A stretch of 57,285 nucleotides of DNA, counting the filler, from Dirinaria sp. TL-2023a (taxonomy: Eukaryota), in NCBI GenBank assembly GCA_051941275.1. It is 2 parts of 2 records of this genome, joined end to end, with 100 filler letters (N's around TTAATTAATTAA, not from the genome) between each part and the next. Parts side by side here need not be neighbours in the genome. Positions count along the whole stretch, not along the records: positions 1 to 28,683 come from JAVEBF010000123.1; positions 28,784 to 57,285 come from JAVEBF010000124.1. One strand, 5' to 3'. The notes under the pieces were generated by a model. It was not told where the DNA came from. It searched no databases and was given only the letters and a program-made list of their open reading frames with translations. Made by a program: the position numbers and the translations under genes. Every line of letters begins with the position of its first letter. The stretch's first letter is position 1. Below are positions 25,369 to 36,759 of this stretch, piece after piece.

Positions 25369-28012
25369 ATGAGGCTAATCCAGGTCTCTTTACTCGGGCT
25401 GTTGTCATGCTGCAATGCGATTCCACTGTTGCAAGGTGATGGGGGCCTTTCGGGAGGGATGCACGAGCCAATCAAAGGCTCTGCGACTGGTAAACCCATG
25501 CGATTCCAATATGCTCACCGATACTTATCCAATTGCAGGTGGTAATGGACAGTCAAGGCCTACATCAAGTTCGACGGTGCCAGCACAAACAACCCCTGTA
25601 AATCCAGATCAATCACCATCAGGCCGAATCACAAGCCAACCAGGACCTAGTCCTCCGGTACCAAATTCATTTTCATATTTGCCCGGTACGATTCCCGGTT
25701 GCACGTCAACCCAGACTGCCGTGGTGTTTGGCACGACGACATACATTCCAAGACCATGTCTCTCTGGAGGAAATGGCCCGAATACGGTCCCTGTTAATAC
25801 ACTCAACGATAAAGGACCTCCCCACAATGTTCCCCGTCCTCAGTCGACTGCCGATGGATTAGGCTCAGCAGGAGGTCTCATGTCAGCGGCGCCCCAAAGT
25901 TACAAACCAAAAGCCCCGGCGCCAAAGACGACTCCAGTTCAGAAAGCCAGCGTTGCCGAACCTAGATCTACACCTGCAGCTACGAAGCCTGTTGGCGAGC
26001 ACGTGGGAGGCAAAGGAGGGATGCCAATTCCTCGACCACAATCATCTGTCACGGATTTGGGGCCTCCTGAACCTACCACCGCCCAGGCTGCGCCTCCAGC
26101 TCAATCTTCGGATCAACCTGGTGGAGGCGGTAGAGTGCCCCGCCCAGAATCATCGGTCAAGTTTCTTGAACCCCTTAAACCATCTCCGTCCCACCCGGCT
26201 GCACCTAAACCATCTCCACCCCAAACTGGGCACGCGGACCATTTCTCCAATCTTCCACGTCCGCAGTCATCAGTCACATCACTTGGACCTGCCAAAGTTA
26301 GTCACCAGCCGGAACCTGTCCAGCCAGCGCCAAACCCTTCTCAGCCACCCTCTACGTCTCCCACCGCCAAACCATTGCCGCTCCCCGCACCTAAACCGGT
26401 ACCAATTTCGACAACTCCACCTCCAATCATCACAATCGGCAGTTCTACACTGACAGCAGATTCTTCATCGCATTTTGTTGTCGGATCCCAGACCCTGGCA
26501 CCCGGTTCCTCGGCGATTACAGATTCCGGAACGGTCTATTCGATACCTTCGTCTGGCTCAGCGATAGTAATCGGACCAAGCACTCAATCGATTGCTCCCG
26601 CCGCACCTGCATCCGCCCCAGTCATCATCCTTGGAAGCTCTACTCTGACAGCAAACTCCGTGTCGCAGTTCCAAATCGGCTCCCAGACTCTGGCACCTGG
26701 CTCCGTGATCACCGCAAATGGCCAAACCATCTCCCTCGCATCCAGCGCTTCTGCCGTAGTTATCAACTCAAATACCCAATCCATCACCCCTCAAATAATT
26801 CCGCCATCCCCAGTAATCGCTGTAGCAGGATCAGTTTTTACGGGAAATTCTGCATCCGAATTCCAAATTGGCTCCGAGACGCTTAAAGCAGGCGGTCCAG
26901 CTATCACCAACTCCGCCGGCCAAGTCTACTCGCTTGCCCCATCTGCATCCGCTATTGTCATCAACGGCCAAACCTCCCAGGTAACCCCGGGCTACGCCAC
27001 CCCAGCTCCAGTAATCACACTGGGTGCCAGCAAAATTACAGCAAACGCCCAATCACAGTATGTAATTGGAAGCCAAACGCTCTCCCCGGGCGCTTCAATC
27101 ACCGTATCCAACCGCGTTCTCTCCCTCGCATCTGGAGGCTCTGCACTCGTTTTCGGAGCCAGCACGCAAGCGTTAGCCACTCCGAGCAAATTCACACTCA
27201 CTCAACCACCGATTCTAACTCTGCCCGGAAACGGACCCGTGACTGCGAACTCGAACTCAGCATACGTGGTCGATCACCAGACCCTAAAACCAGGCCAGGA
27301 AATCACCCTCCACGGCTCAACAATCAGTCTTGCTCCTTCCGCCTCCGCTCTTGTAATCAACGGGCATACAACGGCCCTTACACCCCACTCTGTCCTCGCA
27401 ACGGTATCCCCGCCGTTGATCACCCTCGGGCCCTCGATCCTCACCCCAAATGCCAAATCAGCCTATCTCGTAGACGGAAAAAGTCTTTCTCCGGGCGGGC
27501 CAGCCATCACCTTCCACGGCACACGTCTCTCCCTCGCTCCTGACGGTACGGACCTTATAGTAGGCAGCTCGACGAGCCATCTTAGCCAGCGCGTCTTCGC
27601 TGTCAGCAGTACAGAAGCACCTACCCTGACCGTAGGCCATGAACGTGTCACTGCAGATTCAGCGGGTGATTTCATTTTGGGTTCGCAGACTTTAAGCCCG
27701 GGCGGACATGCGATTACGGTCAGTGGCACCGTAGTGTCACTGGCGAGCGACGACGCTTATCTCAAGATTGGCTCAAAAACGGAGGGGTTGGGAAAGCATT
27801 CCAGGCTGGAGAAGACGAGCAGCTTTGAGCCAAGCTTTAGGCTGGCAGAGCCGACTAGGAGATCTAGTGTTAGTGCTAGTCCTACTAGTCCTACTGCCAT
27901 TGCTACGGCTACTGCGGGGAAGAAGAGTCAGGCTGGGAGGATGCAGAGTGCTGCGGGAAGCTGGGTATGGAAATCATGTTTCGTGGTGGGTGCGCTGTTG
28001 ACATTCTGGTAA
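25369..28012 (+). CDS. Repetitive Pro/Ser/Thr-rich cell-wall protein, probably GPI-anchored (adhesin/mucin-like)
   Basis: Exon 1 25369-25435 encodes signal peptide MRLIQVSLLGLLSCCNA; phase-1 intron 25436-25538; four PRP(Q/E)S motifs; about seven ~65-aa P.IT.G...TA.S...F.IGSQTL.PG...IT..G...SLA repeats; hydrophobic C-terminal tail. Confidence 0.88.
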
Positions 28013-28683
28013 CGGGAGGGAGACTTGGAGATTTGGACGATGGGAACACCTTTGGGGTGGGCTTTCCGAGAACGGGTTTCGTGTAATGATAATGCGGGTT
28101 GAGGTACATAGGCATGTATATGAAGAATGTATGATGTATATACGCCACCTTCTCACCCTCTATTACGGGATCTCCATCCTATTATCATACACTTCTTCCC
28201 TCATACTAACTGGCACCCTCAAGGTTCATGCAGATATCTCTTCCCGCACGGGCTTATACTCAACAGCTCGTCAGACACCCTTCCATCGTCATACTCCGCG
28301 CAATTGAGCATCTCCCTGCCACATACACCGCTTGTGACGAAGAGTATCTGATGACGTTGAGGTTCTGTACGAACAGTTCTTGGGTTCTCGTCCTCGACTC
28401 CTGCCAAGAAAAGCTCGACTGTTTTGCATCCGACAGACACATTTCTAAGCTGGCGAATCCTTCGGCTACCGCACTACCCACCGCAATCCGGCAATATGTT
28501 CACATCACTTCATTATCAAGCAATTAGTCTTTCCTTCTTTGAGACAATGCAGAGACATGGGTCAACAAGCTCTGTATTAAGCTTTGTGAATGGCTGGATA
28601 CGTCACGACTTTCTGCATAAAAGACACGGAAAAAAGGCGAGTATGGGATATCTGATATCTGCATCTTTCATGAGCGAATCTAC

Positions 28684-28783
28684 NNNNNNNNNNNNNNNNN
28701 NNNNNNNNNNNNNNNNNNNNNNNNNNNTTAATTAATTAANNNNNNNNNNNNNNNNNNNNNNNNNNNNNNNNNNNNNNNNNNNN
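28684..28783. other. Artificial assembly linker / gap
   Basis: Exactly 44 N + TTAATTAATTAA (stops in all six frames) + 44 N = 100 nt. Confidence 0.95.
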
Positions 28784-29428
28784 GGTGGTAGTAGGCTTTT
28801 AGGAGGGCGGGGACGGAGGAAAGCGAGGATGAAGGGAGAGGTGAGGGGGGTGAAGAGTCGGTCATGTTTGGAGGGGCGTGAGCTGGGTTAGGATGATTTC
28901 AGGGCCGAGGTTGTGATTACCTGATTGTAGGCTATGTAGTGGTGGAAAACATAAAGCGAAAAACTCGAGGGTTAAATGGGCTCAACTCACTGAATATCGT
29001 AGTGAGTGGCTCTGAGCAATTGAGCAATTGTGGCAGTCACCTTCTGCAAGTTTTCTTCGAAATTGAGTGGCTGAAGACGTGAGAGTAGTCTTCGTATGTT
29101 CTTTTCTGAGATGTCCTCGAAAGACCTGATTTGAACGCTCAGTCGATCTCGATCGACGGAGCAGCATCTATTTATGATCTTACCTATCAGTCTTCAAAGA
29201 CGTATTGTAGATGAATGCTTTACGCACCGTATTCGATAGGAGTCTCAATTAGTCGAGTCAACGTGTACAATTCAATTGAAGCGCCATTTGACATAGTCAC
29301 TGGGACTTTCAAAAGATGGGTGTCGGATCTATTTCTTAAATTGATGCACATTATTAGACGATTAGAAGCAGCAGGCTGTTTAATGATGTTGGAGGGCATT
29401 GAGTATTCTGAGGAAGGGAAAACTTTTT

Positions 29429-29440
29429 TAACCCTAACCC
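29429..29440 (+). promoter_or_regulatory. (TAACCC)2 telomere-like motif upstream of AspRS
   Basis: TAACCCTAACCC directly after a T-tract, ~115 bp before the ATG at 29555. Confidence 0.3.
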
Positions 29441-29554
29441 TGAGAAGAAGTACCTGTAGGTACCTTAATGTGAGGTAGGTAGCTTAGTCATCTACAGACT
29501 TCCTGCACTTACTTAAAGTACCCCACATACGTCCCACAACCGAAGGCCGTAACC

Positions 29555-31568
29555 ATGGCTTCGCAAAACGAGCCAAACCTCCCTTCTCGGTCAAAGGATG
29601 AAGGCACTGCCCAAGCACCCAGTAAGAATGCCCTGAAAAAAGCTGCTAAAGAAAAGGAAAAGGCCGAGAAAGCAGCGAGACGGGCCGAGCAAGAGGCCCA
29701 AGAAAAGAAGAAACGTGAAGAAGACGATTCCGCCAAGCATCTCTACGGCATTCTGTCCCTCCCCACCGACTCTGCATCTGCCTCGTCCCATCAAATTTTC
29801 ACTGAGCTTGTCGACCTCTATTCCGCCCAAGAAAACCAGGAAGTCACCGTTGATGTCCGAGTCCACAACTCGCGCGCCCAAAGCGCCAAACTTGCCTTCC
29901 TCGTCCTCAGAGAAGAGGCGCATACAATCCAAGCCGTTATCGCGGAAGGAGGCGCCAATGCCATTTCTCGGCAAATGGTAAAGTGGTGCGGGGGCCTGAA
30001 TACTGAGTCTATCGTCCGAGTAACTGGACTGGTCAAACCCCCGAAGGAGCCGGTGATTTCGACAAGCATATCAAACAATGAATTGCATGTGGAGAAATGC
30101 TTTCTCATCTCTCAAGCCGATGCGCAACTGCCGATACAGGTCAAAGATTGCATGCGAGCGCCACCTATGGGCGATGAAGGTGCGGAGGGAGAGAAGGAAA
30201 TCGATGCACAAGGCACACCCATCGTATCGCTCTCGTCACGGCTGAACAATCGCGTGTTGGATGCGCGTACGGCGGCCAATTTAGCAATTTTCCAACTGCA
30301 GTCCGGTATAACGAATTTGTTCATAGAGTACATGAATAAGCATAACTTTACATGGATCCAGAGTTCCAGGATTGCGGGCGCCGCTACAGAAGGGGGCAGC
30401 GGGGTGTTTGAAATTAAATACTTTGATGGCAAAGCATATCTGACACAAAGCCCACAATTTTTCAAGCAAATGGCGATAGCAATGGACATGAAGAGAGTGT
30501 GCGAGGTTGGGCCGGTTTTCAGAGCAGAGAATTCGAATACGCATAGGCATTTGACTGAGGTAATACCCTCGTCCTCTTCTCGATTTTCACTATCATGTCT
30601 TAATCTCTGAGATTGGTTTTTTTTGAGTCAAAGTGATTGAGGGATAGAATACTGACGTATTTGATCAGTTCACAGGACTTGATTTCGAAATGGTCATCCG
30701 GAACCACTACCATGAAGTCCTGACCTTTTCTGAGAAATTAATGATTTTCATCATCAGAGCGCTCCAGACACGAGAGCAGTACATTCGACTGACCAAGGTT
30801 GTCGAGCAAGTCTTCCCTGGCGCTGAGAATTTTAAGCTTCCACCTGGCGATGATGCTGTTCGGATAACGTTCGCTCAGGCGGTCAAGATGCTGAAGGAAG
30901 CGGGCGTGGAGGCCAGCGAGATGGAGGATCTGAGGTATGACTCCAAGTCGCGATCTGCTCTCACGTGGCAGCATTGGCCATGCCAAACGCACCCTTCATC
31001 CTCTAATTCCATACATGTCTATCAAAGCTATCTACATTTACCTCTTAAATCTATCGTTCAGGTCACAATAGTTACACCGCCTTCCCCAAACCGTCTATTC
31101 CCCCTTTGATAATTTCAACTTCGCCTCACTTCTTTTGTGCTAACCTACCACACTAGCACCGCACAAGAACGAGCTCTTGGCAAAATTATGTCCGAAAAAC
31201 ATGCCACTGACTTTTACACCATTGACAAATACCCTCGGCATGTCCGCCCCTTCTACACACATCCCGACCCAGCGAACCCTTCGCTCTCCAACTCCTACGA
31301 CTTCTTCATGCGCGGCCAAGAAATCATGTCCGGCGCCCAGCGTATTCACGACTACAACATGCTGTGTGAGAATATGAGGAAGAACGATCCGCCATTGGAC
31401 CCCTTGAGTGAGGGTTTCAAACATTACACCGACACTTTCAGGTATGGCTGCGCGCCGCATGGTGGAGGTGGATTGGGTCTGAATCGAATTTGTCAATTTT
31501 ATCTGGGACTCCCGGACATCAGGTTCTCGACGCTGTTCCCTCGAGACCCGGGGAGGTTGGCACCGTGA
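29555..31568 (+). CDS. Cytosolic-type aspartyl-tRNA synthetase (Dps1-like)
   Basis: Lys-rich N-extension [12 protein letters not shown]-fold ([13 protein letters not shown]), [15 protein letters not shown], motif 2 [19 protein letters not shown], motif 3 [14 protein letters not shown]. Introns 30560-30668 and 30935-31156. Confidence 0.93.
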
Positions 31569-32917
31569 CGAGGAATAGTTCGTGTCAGGTTTAGAGCAAG
31601 CAAAGTTTAGCTACGTGGGAAGCCTACAGTATGCGCATCGTGCACGAGCACTTGTACACCGACTTCCAAGTCCCATCATGCCTATTCTTTGAGCAGCCCG
31701 TTCCTTGCCTTGCATCACACGGGCCTTAATGTAAACCTACTTTGCTAAAGCAATGATGTTGATGCGCCGACGCTTATCTTTAGTATTTCGACGCCCCTTC
31801 TTCAATTTAGCCTTTCTATCCCCTGAAACCTATCTTTTGTCTTCATAGCCCCCTTCCACTCATTCGACCTCTGACGTATCACACTTGACAATTTTTGTAA
31901 AGATTATTGACTCGAAAACGAAGCTCTGTTTTCTTTCCTTGATCATGAGTACGTGGTTTAATCACTGTGTTCCAAGCGAAGTCTCAAGACAGTCAAAAGG
32001 AAACTCGATTGCCAAGAAGTGAACCAACTTGATAAGGTAAAGTATGTACTCATTCTGAAGCAATCACCAATGGTCGAATGCCAAGACGTTCTGGTTGAAC
32101 CGCTCGAACCCCAAGCGGCGCTCCCGGCCAACGTCCTCCGTACCGTCCCTCGACCCTAAAAATTAAACTCGCCAATTCTCCTTCCCTTTTCCATTTAGCT
32201 TCATAGCTTGTCGAAGAACTCATCAGTATTATTATTGCTACCACCACTACCTAAGGTACCCTCAACCCTCCACCAACACTTAGTGGTACTTATACTTCTC
32301 AGGCTTGTCAACTAGACCATGGCAGACCCTGACCCTAAGCCGACCTAGGAACCAGAAGCTCCAGAAAGAAGCCGGCTTCAATTAGCTCCCCTTCCCGTCA
32401 TACGCACCAATCCGCACATGCGACCAGCTAAGCTTTATGCATCGAATCTCTTTAGTTACTCACATACCATCCAAGTAATTGCATTTCATGGGTTGATGGC
32501 TGTCACATCTCGACATTTGTGCAGTCATGTGTTTCGGAGAGCTGTATCGCGAGCCGTGTCGCGAATAAATACCCCGACTGCTCACTGGTGCTGGATGCTA
32601 CCTTATGACGGAATGAAACGCTCCGTCGTTGTTCATTTCAAGAATAGAGCTACGCGACCAGCCGTGTCCCGCCCCTCCATTCTTGCCATTGGATGTGGGG
32701 GCGCACCGCGCATACATTATGGTAGGTCCTTCTCTTTGAATGTAGCACACCTCATTTCGTAGGCTCGAATTCTCGTAGGTTGGGTGAGCCCGCCTTCTCC
32801 ATTTTCCTGAAGCGCTGCTTCGTGCTTCTCTTTAGAACTACGATACTCGTGTTAGGAAAATAAAATCCCTAGAAAAGCCAGAGTGCATATCGGTTCTCAC
32901 TGTTCGCCTCTACCAAG

Positions 32918-34194
32918 ATGGTGAAAGAAGTGATATACACACTTCCTCCAAACGGCGATCAGGACCATGGCCCCGGCTTTCTTGCAGCGTGCTGGGTGTT
33001 TGCAATGGCTGCGCTTATCTCCACCATCGTCCGTATATTGGTGCGCAGTCGCCTTACGCGTAACCTCGGCTGGGATGATTACTGGATGATTTTAACAGAG
33101 ATCACTACTCTGGTCGGCCTGGGGTTCGTGACCAAGGAAGTGATCGATGGGCTGGGCAGACATATGTACTATTTGACGGAAAAGCATCGAAAGGATTTCA
33201 CTATCGTTGGCTGGCTCGATTGGATGCAGGCGTTCATCACGATTTGTTTTTGCAAGATCAGTATTTGTATGTTCTTGCTGCGGATCAAAAGTACTCGACA
33301 AAACGCCTACTTCATGTACACACTGATTGCGCTCAATGTTATCGTAACCATTGTGTGTGTCGGCATGTTCATTGGTATATGCAGTCCACCGGACGCCTAC
33401 TGGATTATTGGGAAAGAAGGCCGCTGTCTACCCCACAAAAGGGTGATGGCTATAGTGATCGCTCAAGGAAGTGAGTCTTTGTCTTCTCTCGATTTTCTCA
33501 TCAACCTCGATCTCCTTCATCCCATGTATAGCAAGAGCTGTTGAACTAAACTAATCGCCTTTTTCTGTCTGTCGCAGTCTTCTCCTCGATGACTGATATC
33601 ATCCTTGCCACCACCCCGTACTTTTTCCTTAAAGATCTTCAAATATCCCGCCGCACCAAAATCGCTCTGTGCGTCCTTATGGGCGCTGGCTACCTCACAG
33701 CCGCCTGCGCCATCGTCCGCACAGCCCTCTCTGGCCAAGTCCTCGAGACTGACGCTACATATGCTATGGTTCCTAATGCTGCCTGGCGCGCTACAGAAGT
33801 CAATCTGGGCATCCTCTGCGCAAATGCTCCCATCTTACGACCACTGTACCTGTGGTCCCGTGGGCGCTTGCAGAAGAAGAGTAAAAGCACTTCATATGTT
33901 GCTACTAGGAGTTCCAGGGAGCAGAAGAGCAGCGTTAGATTGTGGTCGAAGCGACATGCAAAACTCATACACGGCGGAAGCCAAGATACGAGCGGCTCGC
34001 AGAAGCTGCAAGGGGCAATGGACCGGAGTGGGTACACGGATACGAGCGCGGAGTTAGGTTTGCCCATTGAGGGATATCTAATGAATGAGATGAAGAATGA
34101 AGGCGGGAATGAATGGATGGAGGAGGAAAGGGGCAGGCTGGCGGCGCAAGAATGGACCCCTCCCCCCGCCGTGGCGCGGAAGGAAAACCATTAG
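32918..34194 (+). CDS. PTH11-like integral membrane receptor (fungal rhodopsin domain)
   Basis: RILVR..LGWDDY, GLGRH, CKISICMFLLRI, TDIILA..P, LQISRRTK, EVNLGILCANAP.LRPL; intron 33471-33577. Confidence 0.9.
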
Positions 34195-36759
34195 AACCTA
34201 CCTCATCCTTGGATGGCACAAGAGGCTGTAAGTTCACATCCTTAGATGAAGCTTGACGTTACGTGCCACTTACTGATCAAGGAAGCGTGCCGCTTGCCCA
34301 AAAGTCAGCAGCCGAAGCTTGAGATAGGAGAAATTTGCACGATGAAATCCATCTATTGAACATGACCCTGGGGAAAAGGAATGGTCATGCACTATCCTAC
34401 GAGATTCTACGAACGTATGGCCTTCACTTTAATGCAACATCAGAAGTCGCAATTGATACATGATCCGACGCTTTCCAAGAGCTGTACATTCACCGCGCCC
34501 TTTACTCTGAGGCTTCTCTTGAGGGGTCTGTTTCCAACCTTTTGTTGGCCAAATAAGACACTGTGAGCTATCTAAACAAGGCATCCTGTGCGCTGAAAGA
34601 CCATTGAAAGCTTATAATTATAATACTTGACTTTGTACCCTTTTACCTGCTAATCGTTCTTAGAAAGGTTCCTACATCAAACAGGCTCTCCACTGGAAGG
34701 AGCGTTGTATCTCCCGTGAAGCTGAACAAACCTGTACGCTTCATGAATCGAATGCCGTGGAATTGACTTTTAATCTATTACATTGCCAACACGTTCGGTA
34801 TCCTAGCCGACAAAGACTGCGACGATTATATTGCGTTGACAGAGGGTCCAAGACTTGACTTGATCCTTATTCTGGGTATCTTTTCTCCATCTCTTATGAA
34901 TCTCTGCGGCCAAAATATAGGGCTCCTGTTTGTTTGAATCGGTTCACTTGTGATTCTTAGGTTATGCCTGCACCAAGAGTCAGATACCGAATATTGCAGT
35001 CAATACTGAATTGGAAAAACAAGCTACTCACCGAGCATACTCGCTGTACAGGCTCTTGCCGAACTCGATCCCAGCAACTAGCACATTCGAAGGCTCAAAC
35101 AGCATAGCATAGGGGAGCTTCTTCGAAAGAAATGAGCTTAAACAAGGCAAATTTCCAAACAGCCATGAAGAAGAGTATAGACAGTTCAATGAAAGACTTT
35201 TCCAAGATGAGCCAAAGGCAGACTTTCCATCTCCTTGTTCATGAATGACAAAGTGACTGAGTGATGGTGATCATAACAACACATGACGCTACCCAGTGGT
35301 TAATCTCGCTTCGCGTTAGTGCCTTGGCATGGCTGATAAATTCCACCCTTAGCACTCTCACTCTCATTTTCACTCCCTGCTACCAATTTTTATGATCTTG
35401 TACTTGATTTCGAGGTCATGTCATTTCTACAGAGTCTATACAAGACGCTTCTATGGTCCAGACCCACCCCATCGCTCGCAGTACCGACGGGATGATAGAC
35501 CGACCTGTATAATCCAGCAAGAAGCCACAAGTCAGGATCACAGAGCGAAGAAAGGGCGGTGAGTGTGACATCAACGCGATCTTTGATGTGTGGGACAGAC
35601 ACATCGAAGCCCAAGTACATCGCAGCGGTTACCTGTTCATACTAACGGCTTACAGTCTTCCGGCTTTTGATTCAGGAGAATGGAGCCCAAGCATATGGCA
35701 GCGGCCCTTTTCTCATATTCTACCTTTCAAATCTTCCGACTTTTGATACAGTAAGGAGAACTGAAGTGCGAGCATATCGTGGCGGCTGCCTCGTACTAAC
35801 CTACACAGTCTTCCGGCTTTTGATACACTCAGGAGAATGCAAGTGCCCATCATTCAGAGATGAAAGAAACCGCAGCTTCCTGGAATGCGAATTGAAGTCC
35901 CGGAGAGTAACTACACGACGGCTCTTCGACACCGCATCTGTCGATGATTTCAGCAATCCAAAGAAATGTTACCGAGTCAGATCTACTCACCCCAAAGCTC
36001 TGAGATGCATCGACAATGCTCAGTTTGCCCAGCTGTCTGACTGTTTTCGATTCCAAAGCACCTAAAATGGCAACATACGCAGAATCAGAGCAAATCGAGA
36101 CTGAACTGCCCGCTTCCATCATCAAAATCACCACAATGTCTCCTTCGCATGGCTTTACGGAAACAGAATAATGTATTGGCCTTGGTGTTCAAGGCACCAA
36201 AGCCTCACCTTAGCAGCCATCTCGATCAATGCGATCTCCTCGTTAGCTACATCTCTACTGTCTCCTTACAACGCTATCTGGATCGACGAGATATTTACGG
36301 TTAGGTCGTTGAATACCTACACATGAAAAGCCTCACTACCGCCTCGCCACCTCACTCTATTGACACAACACCCTTCTCACTATTCATTCCAACGGTCAAT
36401 GCATCCAACCTTTGATGCCTTCCGTTCAAGCATATCCATCTTTCTGCTCCTACAAGGTTCGAGTTCCAAGCAAAGAAGGTTTCACGAAGTGACCATGGGC
36501 TATTTCACCACGACCTCACCATCGTCAGTTCAGCAGATCGTTAAAGGTTAAAGAGTTTAGGGAAAGAAAAAAGGTGCTTCTACAATAAACCATCCTCTCG
36601 ACATGAATACGTCCAACTTTAGTTCGCTCTCTCACTATATACTTCACCCGTCCTCCTCACCGCTTCGATTTCAGCTCTGCTTTCATCAAAAGCATAGCAA
36701 TAACCACGACTTATTCAAGACAGTAGACAATACAGAAAGCTAATCGATGGAACCCAAGA

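Noticed and set aside
29555..31568. ErdS (AspRS-DUF2156 fusion)
   Set aside because: The protein ends at [12 protein letters not shown] with no appended transferase domain.
32190..32227. Hammerhead ribozyme or C/D snoRNA suggested by CTGATGAG on the minus strand
   Set aside because: No stem II followed by GAAA, and no suitably placed D box (CTGA).
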